From: a virus
IMG/VR virus record: IMGVR_UViG_3300043783_000034
Span: 9,922-73,921 of that record
DNA length: 64,000 nucleotides
Strand: one strand, 5' to 3'
The position numbers and the translations under genes are program-made. Every line of letters starts with the position of its first letter. The stretch's first letter is position 1. This document shows, piece after piece, positions 56,637 to 64,000 of the stretch. The notes beneath the pieces were generated by a model. The model worked only from the letters and a program-made list of their open reading frames with translations. It did not search any database and was not told where the DNA came from.

Positions 56637-57380
56637 CTACGCGGCCAGCGCCGCCGGAAACGCTTTGTGCTCGCGACCGTCGAGTGCGCAGCCATTCGCT
56701 TTCGGTCGCACGCCGCCCCATTGCTTGAAGTGAAAGGCCACGCCGTTGCGCGCGCATTGGTCGCGAAGGCTGCGCACCCAGTCGGCCGGCGTGTTGCGAT
56801 GGTGCGGGCCACTCTCGCCGCCAGCGATGATCCAGTCCGGCTTGGCCTCGCCAATGTCGATCGGACCAAGCAGCGGTTCGGCTGACACCCCGTGCCATGC
56901 CGCCGGCGTTGCGGCGAGCTTACGATAGTCGCGATCCCATTCCTCTGGGGTAGCAAGCGTTGCCATCAGGCCGGCGTGCGGATAGGGCCAGTCCGGCGGC
57001 AGCATCTTCACGGCGTTGCCGATGCGCTTGGTCAGCAGCATCCAGCGGAGATTCGGCGTTGCGCGGATGAGCGCCCACAGGTCATCCCGCCACGCCTGAT
57101 CGACCTCGTTGTCGAACACGTCGGCCAGCGACGCGCAGAACACGCGCGGCCGATATCCGGTGATCGCAGCGTTGCGGTTCCACTTGAGCGGGTCGCCCCA
57201 AGTCTTGGTGCGGCGCCGGGGAACGCCGTGCCCCCATCCAGGCACCCAGCCGCGTCGAGTATTGTCGCGCTCCGCATAGCAAAATTCGCAGGCACCACGC
57301 GGGCCGCGTGCTACCTTGGTGCAGCCGATCCACGGATTGAATGTCGCGTCGGCCCAAGAAATTGCGGTTTGTTCGGCCAT
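56637..57380 (-). CDS. phage Gp37/Gp68 (DUF5131) family protein
   Basis: TFNPWIGCTKV...CEFCYAE, VFCASLADVFD, LLTKR, SAEPLLG, GGESG, FKQWGG. Confidence 0.9.
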   Translation of the reverse strand: MAEQTAISWADATFNPWIGCTKVARGPRGACEFCYAERDNTRRGWVPGWGHGVPRRRTKTWGDPLKWNRNAAITGYRPRVFCASLADVFDNEVDQAWRDDLWALIRATPNLRWMLLTKRIGNAVKMLPPDWPYPHAGLMATLATPEEWDRDYRKLAATPAAWHGVSAEPLLGPIDIGEAKPDWIIAGGESGPHHRNTPADWVRSLRDQCARNGVAFHFKQWGGVRPKANGCALDGREHKAFPAALAA

Positions 57381-57399
57381 TCTAAATGCTCCCCCGCTG

Positions 57400-57711
57400 T
57401 TAACGCTTCAAATCGTCATCAGTGATGCGAAGGCCGGCGTCAGCATCGAGTAGGCCGTCGATCGCCTTCGTTCTCGCATTGCATCGCTTGACCATCCGGT
57501 CGCCCTTTTTCCAGGCATGATCGGCGCGCTCAAGCGCAACGCGATCCTCGTGTTCGAGGTGGGGAAAGAGGTTCGGCGTTTCCAGCTGTCGCCTCAACCG
57601 GCTTTTTTCCGCTGAGGCGGCAGCCTTGATCACACCACCAAACATCGCTTCGCCAGCGCCGCGCTCACACCATTCGCGGAAGTCGTCCCACATCTTTTTC
57701 GGGTCGGTCAC
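57400..57711 (-). CDS. hypothetical protein
   Basis: AAGGAG RBS; GTG start. Confidence 0.55.
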   Translation of the reverse strand: MTDPKKMWDDFREWCERGAGEAMFGGVIKAAASAEKSRLRRQLETPNLFPHLEHEDRVALERADHAWKKGDRMVKRCNARTKAIDGLLDADAGLRITDDDLKR

Positions 57712-57723
57712 GTCTGGCTCTCC

Positions 57724-58362
57724 TTATCGGGTTCGCTTCTTCACGTAGGCCTCACGGCCGCCGGGAAGCCGATTGTTGATCAGGCTTGTCGAGATGTCGC
57801 ACAACTCAGCAACTTTGGCTGTGCTGTACTTCCATTCGCCGTGGCGATCTTTCGCCGTCCAAAACTTGATGACCTGGGCGCGCTTCTCATCGGTGAACAG
57901 CAATTTCTGCCCGATCTGCACGCCGCGCTTGCGGGCCTCGGCCATGCCGGCGATCGTCCGCTCGACCGTCAACTGCCGCTCGAATTCCGCCATCGCGGCG
58001 ACAACGTGCATGATCAGACGGCCGACTGCGGTCACCGTGTCGAAATTCTCGGTCAAGCTTTTGAACTTTGCGCCGGCTTCTTCGATGTCCTGGAGGCGAG
58101 TCAAGAGGTCGCGGATAGAGCGTGCCAAACGATCGAGGCGCCATACCACCAGCGTATCGCCGGGACGCAAATCGCGAATCAGGCGGTCGAGTTCGACGCG
58201 CTTTCGCGACGTGGCGCCGAGCTTTTCCTGATAGATCACATAGCATCCGGCGTTCTTGAGCGCATCGATCTGCAAATCAAGGCGCTGCTCGTCCGTCGAG
58301 ACGCGGGCGTAGCCGATCAGTTCGCCCTTAACGGACTCGGATGATTGGGGAATTCGTTTCAT
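57724..58362 (-). CDS. serine recombinase (resolvase/invertase, Pin/Hin-like)
   Basis: GYARVSTDEQ, GDTLVVWRLDRLARS, AEFERQL..ERT.AG, C-terminal HTH. Confidence 0.92.
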   Translation of the reverse strand: MKRIPQSSESVKGELIGYARVSTDEQRLDLQIDALKNAGCYVIYQEKLGATSRKRVELDRLIRDLRPGDTLVVWRLDRLARSIRDLLTRLQDIEEAGAKFKSLTENFDTVTAVGRLIMHVVAAMAEFERQLTVERTIAGMAEARKRGVQIGQKLLFTDEKRAQVIKFWTAKDRHGEWKYSTAKVAELCDISTSLINNRLPGGREAYVKKRTR

Positions 58363-58370
58363 CAGCAGTC

Positions 58371-58448
58371 AATATAGTCGGGAATGGATTTTTCGTCAAC
58401 AGAAAAGGGGTCATGGTAGTTGACAATTTATTCGGGATGTGCTATCAT
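58371..58448. promoter_or_regulatory. back-to-back sigma70 promoters
   Basis: Leftward TTGACG-N17-TATATT (58399-58371); rightward TTGACA-N17-TATCAT with TGn extension (58420-58448). Confidence 0.75.
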
Positions 58449-58479
58449 AGTTTTTATTCAATGGGAATACGAACCGCCA

Positions 58480-58731
58480 ATGGCTAGGTTCTGGAAAACA
58501 TTCAAACTCCCCGGCTGCGAGCGGTACGAGTTGCAAGCGCGGTGGGAGCATTTTGGCGACCCAAAAGGCCCGGGCGATCTTTTCGTCACTTGGGATTTGC
58601 CGGCAAATATGCCAGATGCAGACGAAGATCAAAAGCGGGCACTTAGGCTGTTTATGGATGCCGTAGCTGGTAGCTATGAATCGGCCAAAGAAGCTAATAC
58701 GGCGTGGCAACACGCCATCGCTCACGTATAA
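58480..58731 (+). CDS. hypothetical protein
   Basis: First ORF after the rightward promoter. Confidence 0.55.
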   Translation: MARFWKTFKLPGCERYELQARWEHFGDPKGPGDLFVTWDLPANMPDADEDQKRALRLFMDAVAGSYESAKEANTAWQHAIAHV

Positions 58732-58748
58732 CAGCAAAGGCCGGCCAG

Positions 58749-58961
58749 ATGGCGATAGAGGTCAGCGATTGGGTCGATGCCGGAAACCGCGAATATGTCA
58801 ACGTCGTTGCCGATTCGGCGCAGCTTGGAAATTACAAGTCGCTTTGTGTGAGGCGGACTGATCGAGGATGGTCTTTTACCGTCAACGGCAAGCTTCGCGG
58901 CTTTCGAGAAACTAAAGCTCGCGCCCAATCTGACGCGATCAAATTTGCAAAAGCGAACTGA
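58749..58961 (+). CDS. hypothetical protein
   Basis: Co-oriented ORF. Confidence 0.55.
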   Translation: MAIEVSDWVDAGNREYVNVVADSAQLGNYKSLCVRRTDRGWSFTVNGKLRGFRETKARAQSDAIKFAKAN

Positions 58962-58983
58962 AACACCGGAGGCCCGAACGATC

Positions 58984-59289
58984 ATGGCGTACCAGCAGCC
59001 ACAAATCCCGGCGACGATTGCGAACCTTAAGGTCGCCCATTCGAAGCGCATTGGGCGGCGGCAGGCAAATTTTTTGTGTGCGATCGCTGAACGGGGCTCG
59101 TGGCATCAGTTCGCGGGCTGGACCTGGGGCGGCGTCGGCGCAACCGAGCGTTTGGCGATGACCTTGGTAAAACGAAAAATGCTCGTTGCCGAGCCTGTTG
59201 AATTTCCCAATCGCGGGACGATGGGAATCATTTACCGCATCACGCCGAGCGGGCGCGCAATGGCACGCCATCTCAGCGAAGCTGCTTAG
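58984..59289 (+). CDS. winged-helix-like protein
   Basis: GGAGG RBS; TLVKRKML...YRITPSGR. Confidence 0.55.
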   Translation: MAYQQPQIPATIANLKVAHSKRIGRRQANFLCAIAERGSWHQFAGWTWGGVGATERLAMTLVKRKMLVAEPVEFPNRGTMGIIYRITPSGRAMARHLSEAA

Positions 59290-59306
59290 CCTCACGAAAG
59301 GCCCGC

Positions 59307-59621
59307 ATGCTCCACACCACATGCTACCGAGTCCATGCGAACGTACTGCGCGACGACGCGCCGCCCGGCTTGTGGGAGGACACGGCGGCCAAGTTGTTGC
59401 TGCTTGCTTCGGCGCAGATCGAGCGCATGCACCAAGAGCGTTTGGTTCTTGATCGGCGCATCCACAACCAACGGGTCGCGCTTCGTAAAACTTGGGAGAT
59501 TGTCGAGAACCGCCCCAAGTGGCTCGGCAGCGATACGGCTCGCAGAATGTACTGCGATCTGTTGAAGCGTTACCGCATCGCCATCGGGCGCGACCCGATG
59601 ACCGGCGCAAAGTCTACTTAA
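59307..59621 (+). CDS. hypothetical protein
   Basis: Co-oriented ORF; RRIHNQRVALR. Confidence 0.55.
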   Translation: MLHTTCYRVHANVLRDDAPPGLWEDTAAKLLLLASAQIERMHQERLVLDRRIHNQRVALRKTWEIVENRPKWLGSDTARRMYCDLLKRYRIAIGRDPMTGAKST

Positions 59622-59672
59622 GGGGAGGATTTGGTGCCTCGCGATTTCCTCTTTTTAGGCTGCGAGCACGGC

Positions 59673-59769
59673 CTACCAGCGCAACGTGACGGGGCCAACT
59701 CCATCGAGCCCGAGCGCCCGGGCGCCGGCGGGCGTCAGGTCGATCACCCGACCGGCGATGAAGGGCCCG
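59673..59769 (-). pseudogene. 3' relic of an RlpA-like (double-psi beta-barrel) gene
   Basis: GPFIAGRVIDLTPAGARALG...VTL; upstream NDR and N-terminus missing. Confidence 0.6.
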
Positions 59770-60517
59770 GCCAGATGCCCAGCATGACCAAGAAAAAAGC
59801 GGCGGCACGACGCAAGGTGCTGAACATCCTGCCACGCAAGATGCTGGAGGAATTTTCTCGGCATGATCGGCCGCACATGCAGACGAAACCGCAACTTATT
59901 GCATTGGCTCTCGCCAATTGGGATGAGGACGAAATTCGAGACGCGATCGACGTCATCTTGCTCGAGACTGCGGATAGGAGCGAGCCATGAGCCTCCAAGA
60001 TCAATTAGACGAAGCGGAATGCGCCTTACAGGCAAGCATCGACGCCTGCCGTACGCATGGACACCAAGGTATCACCTGGGCATGTCTTGCAGCCGACAGC
60101 GCGCGCGTTAGAGAGTTGCGCGCGCAGATCGCAGCCCAGCCGAATTGAGGCCGCCACACGGCTCGCCGAAGTCATTGCCGCGATTGGCGGCTGATTCTCC
60201 TGAAAGGCCCGGACCCATGGCTAATCATCATCCTCGGCGCGCAATCGGAGCCGCACAGCGGCGCACCATTGAGGAGCGATTGCGGCGCCATGCCGACTTC
60301 ATGCGCATATTTCAAGCGCAGGGCATGAGCCGCGATGACGCAAGCCGGAAGGCATTCCAGATGGTTAAAGCTGGTGCCAAACCACAGGACATGGATGATC
60401 CTCCTATCTGGCCGTGGCGCCGAAACAACCCCATTCTTTAGCAAAGGCCCGTCATGAATAAAACACCTGATATCTGCAAGGAAGCGTGGGAAAAATATGG
60501 CCGTCCATTGGCGGGCA

Positions 60518-60721
60518 TCAGGGAAGGGGTGGCCTCATCTTTTCATGTTCTTTGCTCTTAATCATCTGATTAAGGCGATCAGTCAGTAGGGCGCGAGCCA
60601 CGTCAGTTTCCTTCGGTCCCAAGATCGTATGCTTGGTTAGGTACCCAAGATAGGCATACAGAACCGGCGAAACTCTGAAATCTAGGGGCTTCGATTTGTC
60701 GTCGGCCACGGACGCCACCAC
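60518..60721 (-). CDS. small putative DNA-binding protein
   Basis: Strand-helix-helix-like pattern. Confidence 0.4.
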   Translation of the reverse strand: MVASVADDKSKPLDFRVSPVLYAYLGYLTKHTILGPKETDVARALLTDRLNQMIKSKEHEKMRPPLP

Positions 60722-61033
60722 GCGCTGGAATTTTGGGGAAGAAACTCCGCAAAATTCCTTGCGCCGCGACTGTACGTTCTGTGAAGACCATCGTCATGTG
60801 ACGGGGAAACTGCTCTTCTGAGGGGAAGCCTTCATCGAAGAGCGGTCCCATCGAAGCGCCGCCTGATATGGACCTTTGCGATTGTGGCAAAGCGGCGCCG
60901 CAGGTCGCCAGCAGAGGTGGCCGAGAATACGGGCATTCGGTCGCGTGCCGTTCACTCGACATGAGCCACGCTCGGAAGTGGACCGAATGGATGCGGGGGC
61001 GCAGCTTCGGAAGCTAGGGTATAGCGTCGCCAT

Positions 61034-61243
61034 TCAACTACGGCCGCTTCGGCACTCTGGGCAGGCGTGTTCCCACTCGCCGCGCTTGTTCTTGATCGCC
61101 CGCCAGCCTGCCGCCTTAGCGGCGTTCCACGATTCATTCCAGTCTCGCGGCTCCGAACCACGGCCGAGGCGTGGCGGCGTCCACACCTCGTCGCAGGTAT
61201 CACAGGAAAATTCGATCCCGTCGCGGCAGGCCGACGAAGTCAT
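61034..61243 (-). CDS. small Zn-ribbon protein
   Basis: CDTC...AKAAGW...CPEC. Confidence 0.65.
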   Translation of the reverse strand: MTSSACRDGIEFSCDTCDEVWTPPRLGRGSEPRDWNESWNAAKAAGWRAIKNKRGEWEHACPECRSGRS

Positions 61244-61249
61244 CGGATC

Positions 61250-62287
61250 TCACTCTCTGCGGGCGTACCATTGCGGCATGGATTCAATGTCCAACTCGCC
61301 CGGCGCGTCGAGCAAGATCCACGGCTCTCCGGGCGCGAACCGCTGGCGGTGGTCGACGTAGGCGTCGATCGCTAGAGCGCGGTCGCGCATAGCGACTTGG
61401 TAAAGCGGATTGTTTTCGTCGGGCGTGATGATGCACGACCACGTGACCGGAGCCTCGGCGGCCTGGAAGAATACAAATTGGAAGGCGAAGGACTTCTCGG
61501 CGGTGACGCGTTGAATAAGCACACTATGAACGGTATCGGAATCATGAAGCGGGACCGGCGCGCCATCTGGATCGAATACGAGTCCGGATTTGACCAGCAG
61601 CGGGAGCGCCTTGCGCCCTTCAAGGTAATGTGCCGCCTGGATATCGTAGCGGTAATTGGCGATCGCCTCGCGGCAACCACGCCGGAACTCGATCCCCTTG
61701 AAGTTCGTAATCGACTTCAAGTCGCCGCAGCCGCGCGGCTTGAGGTAATCGATGCGCGCCTTGCATCGGACGACGTCGCCCGTGCCAGCGACGATGTGAT
61801 CCCAGAAGATGCTCACCTCGCCGAGGCCGCCCTGAAAGGCAGTCTTGAGCGCCGGGTTCTTGGTGATGAAAGATGCTGCGATGACGACGCGATGATAGTC
61901 CTTCGCGGGCAGCAGAATCTTCCACGGTTCGTTCTTCGCGAGTTTCGCCTTTGCGGCCTTGGTTGCGGTGGCCTTGTCGCTCGGCGACATATCAGCGGTA
62001 TGCACCGGGCCGCAGGCGTAAAGATTACCGAAGGCTGCTTCACCCTCGATCACCATCTTGTGGATCGCAGTGCCGCGGATGGTCGCCGGCGTGTCCTTGT
62101 CATTGTCTTCGTCGCGGTTTGGATTGAGCGAAGATGCCCACCAATAGTTAGCTGGCGAGAGCAAAAGGTTGCGCACGTCGCTTGATCCTAAGGCCGGATC
62201 ATCATGATATTCGGCCTCATCAAGGCCGAGATAGACGCCCGGCGCGTGAACCTTCACGCCAGGCGCTGCGCCTGTCGTCGCATCCAT
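61250..62287 (-). CDS. RecE/ExoVIII-like PD-(D/E)XK exonuclease (DUF3799-like)
   Basis: EYHDDPALGSS, GTAIH, EVSIFW, KARIDYL...DLKS, YDIQAAHY. Confidence 0.85.
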   Translation of the reverse strand: MDATTGAAPGVKVHAPGVYLGLDEAEYHDDPALGSSDVRNLLLSPANYWWASSLNPNRDEDNDKDTPATIRGTAIHKMVIEGEAAFGNLYACGPVHTADMSPSDKATATKAAKAKLAKNEPWKILLPAKDYHRVVIAASFITKNPALKTAFQGGLGEVSIFWDHIVAGTGDVVRCKARIDYLKPRGCGDLKSITNFKGIEFRRGCREAIANYRYDIQAAHYLEGRKALPLLVKSGLVFDPDGAPVPLHDSDTVHSVLIQRVTAEKSFAFQFVFFQAAEAPVTWSCIITPDENNPLYQVAMRDRALAIDAYVDHRQRFAPGEPWILLDAPGELDIESMPQWYARRE

Positions 62288-62484
62288 TGCTTTGTCTCCT
62301 CGCTTGCATCGGTGAATAGACGAACTTGCCGACTGGTGAATCCAAGTCGCAACAAAAGCTGGCATGCACTCCCGAGGTCAACCGCAGCAACGATCTTTTC
62401 GCGCTCGCAGCGAGCAAGCGCCCGGATCATTTCGGTGACCACCGCCTTTTCTGCATCGCTGCCGGCGGCCCATGGCGTCGTCAT
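62254..62484 (-). CDS. hypothetical protein
   Basis: Coupled ORF. Confidence 0.5.
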   Translation of the reverse strand: MTTPWAAGSDAEKAVVTEMIRALARCEREKIVAAVDLGSACQLLLRLGFTSRQVRLFTDASEETKQWMRRQAQRLA

Positions 62485-62789
62485 TGCGGCGTCGCTTCGG
62501 GTTGGGCGAATGCCAGCCTGTCTCGCAGGATGCGCTCGACCGCATCATCGATCAATGGCGCGACTACGGCGAGCATTTGCTTGCGCTCCCAGGCCTCGGG
62601 CATGTTAGCTATCTCGTGCGCTGCCTGCATCATCAAGGCGCTCAAAATATCCTCGGCGGACGCGCCAGCGGCTTTGTAGGTTTTGACGGCTGCGGTAATC
62701 GCGCCGTTGAGCGACGTGCGGAACGCGACCTCGTGGGCAATGTCGTTCATGTGGATTTCTCCGCGCCCAAGGCCTTTCATGGTCATCAT
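62481..62789 (-). CDS. hypothetical protein
   Basis: Coupled ORF; GGAG RBS. Confidence 0.5.
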   Translation of the reverse strand: MMTMKGLGRGEIHMNDIAHEVAFRTSLNGAITAAVKTYKAAGASAEDILSALMMQAAHEIANMPEAWERKQMLAVVAPLIDDAVERILRDRLAFAQPEATPQ

Positions 62790-63086
62790 CTATCTCCCTG
62801 CTTGCGCCGCGCCCGGGAGGGGCGATTGGCGGGGTTGTGAATCATCGAGGCATTCGGCGCGCGCAAGCTTAGGGGAACTGCACGCATATCCGTCCCTATT
62901 GAAAGTGGGCGGAGGCCAAAGCGTGTTGCCGTCCGCGTCGCACGACACTGGCGGACAGAAACGCTCGCGGTTCAATTCGCAGGCGAGTCGTTTGCAGAGC
63001 GGTGGTGGTACATCTTGCACAACGCTTACGTGGCCGTTCGACGTAACCACCAGCAGCGTCGCCCAAATGATCGAAGCGTGTTTCAT
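62790..63086 (-). CDS. small exported Cys-rich protein
   Basis: Hydrophobic N-terminus, six Cys; G-rich RBS. Confidence 0.5.
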   Translation of the reverse strand: MKHASIIWATLLVVTSNGHVSVVQDVPPPLCKRLACELNRERFCPPVSCDADGNTLWPPPTFNRDGYACSSPKLARAECLDDSQPRQSPLPGAAQAGR

Positions 63087-63128
63087 ACCCCCCCCTCGAT
63101 TAGCGCGGTGCGCCTCGGCGATTGATCG

Positions 63129-63932
63129 ATGCTAGAAGCCATCGGCAAGTGGTCGAACACGCGCCTATTTTGGACGCTTGTATTATCTTATGTGTTTTTC
63201 GCAGAGGCTGTGAGTTGGATAACATCACAGACCTCGTTGTGCATAGTAGATGCCGAAAGCTACGGCGAATATTATTCCGAACACCGTGAATGCCCCAAGC
63301 CCCACGTCGTTCTTATTAAATCTCTGGCCAGCGTATTCGAAGCAGTTGGACATGAGTGGCTTCTCGCGATCGCCACAACTGTTATTGCCGGTTTCACGGC
63401 TACGCTTTGGTGGTCCACTCGCGGACTGCTTTTCGCCACCAGCGAAACGATCAAACTCGCCAGAGACGAATTTCTTTCTACCCATCGACCAAAAATCCGC
63501 ATCAAGAGCGTTTTTTTGATGAACGAAATGATTGTTCATGGCGAACCGCTGATCATCCACGTCGTCTGCGTAAATAGTGGGGTTAGTAGTGCTACAATTG
63601 TCGATTTCGGAATTGAGTCTTTCATCGTCTGGAAAGATCGGTCTCTTCCGGCGGATAAAAGGCTCGAAATGGTTCGAGTTCATTTTGTGCTCGACTCTGG
63701 CATTAGCGTTCCGTTGCCAGACTATGAGCACCGCATTACGAATGACGAAGAGGTCCGGCTCAGACGTGGTGAAACCAATTTGTATTGTCTGGGCTGCGTA
63801 CATTATCGTGATGACGCCAAGCGCCTCAGAACAACCCATTTCTGTCGAGTATTGACCTTTGATCCTCTCTCCGGCGCGAGTGGAGGCCACTTCGCTCCCA
63901 CTAATAATCCCGACTACGAGTACCAGGATTGA
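63129..63932 (+). CDS. AT-richer membrane-anchored moron protein
   Basis: Two TMs followed by a beta-rich domain; opposite strand and lower GC than its neighbours. Confidence 0.7.
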   Translation: MLEAIGKWSNTRLFWTLVLSYVFFAEAVSWITSQTSLCIVDAESYGEYYSEHRECPKPHVVLIKSLASVFEAVGHEWLLAIATTVIAGFTATLWWSTRGLLFATSETIKLARDEFLSTHRPKIRIKSVFLMNEMIVHGEPLIIHVVCVNSGVSSATIVDFGIESFIVWKDRSLPADKRLEMVRVHFVLDSGISVPLPDYEHRITNDEEVRLRRGETNLYCLGCVHYRDDAKRLRTTHFCRVLTFDPLSGASGGHFAPTNNPDYEYQD

Positions 63933-64000
63933 AGCGGCCCGCGCCGCGGGCGCCCCCACGGCGCGCCACCTACCCTAGCACCACTCCCGGTGTTTGGTGC

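Noticed and set aside
57724-58362. Prophage integrase or Tn3 transposon
   Set aside because: Only 212 aa, with no large-serine recombinase or Zn domains; no transposase or terminal inverted repeats recognised
1-64000. Gene transfer agent, tailocin or contractile injection system
   Set aside because: Complete head, packaging, lysis and early modules indicate a genuine phage

Overview
The whole window is tailed-phage DNA (phage or prophage; GC-rich; host probably an alphaproteobacterium of the Hyphomicrobiales, inferred from the Omp31/RopB-type porin and small secreted proteins). About 1.1-45.9 kb (+ strand) is a complete late region of a Bcep781/OP2-type myovirus. It runs terminase, DUF1073 portal, Mu-gpF-like head protein, NUDIX-DUF2213 protease, scaffold, cement protein, DUF2184 capsid, DUF4054/neck proteins, DUF3383 sheath, tube, frameshifted chaperone, tape measure, baseplate, fibre, tailspike, then a lysis/envelope module. 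About 46-63 kb (mostly - strand) is a mosaic early region: exonucleases, methyltransferases, putative SSAP, Gp37/Gp68, a serine recombinase and many small genes. I saw no integrase, replication genes, tRNA or CRISPR. Most unusual: (i) four appendage proteins, including the tail fibre and tailspike, carry Sec-type signal peptides and even numbers of neighbouring cysteines, suggesting periplasmic folding of virion parts; (ii) an ~8.3 kb cassette in the neck genes encodes a fibre, a putative filament subunit, two Zn fingers, an FkbM methyltransferase, a TPR-glycosyltransferase and a protein with an unrecognised PHPRPER/GDDG repeat; (iii) one ~60-aa Thr/Gly-rich module is grafted into five structural proteins; (iv) a holin-like membrane domain is fused to an outer-membrane beta-barrel. 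All family assignments come from motif recognition by eye, not database searches.
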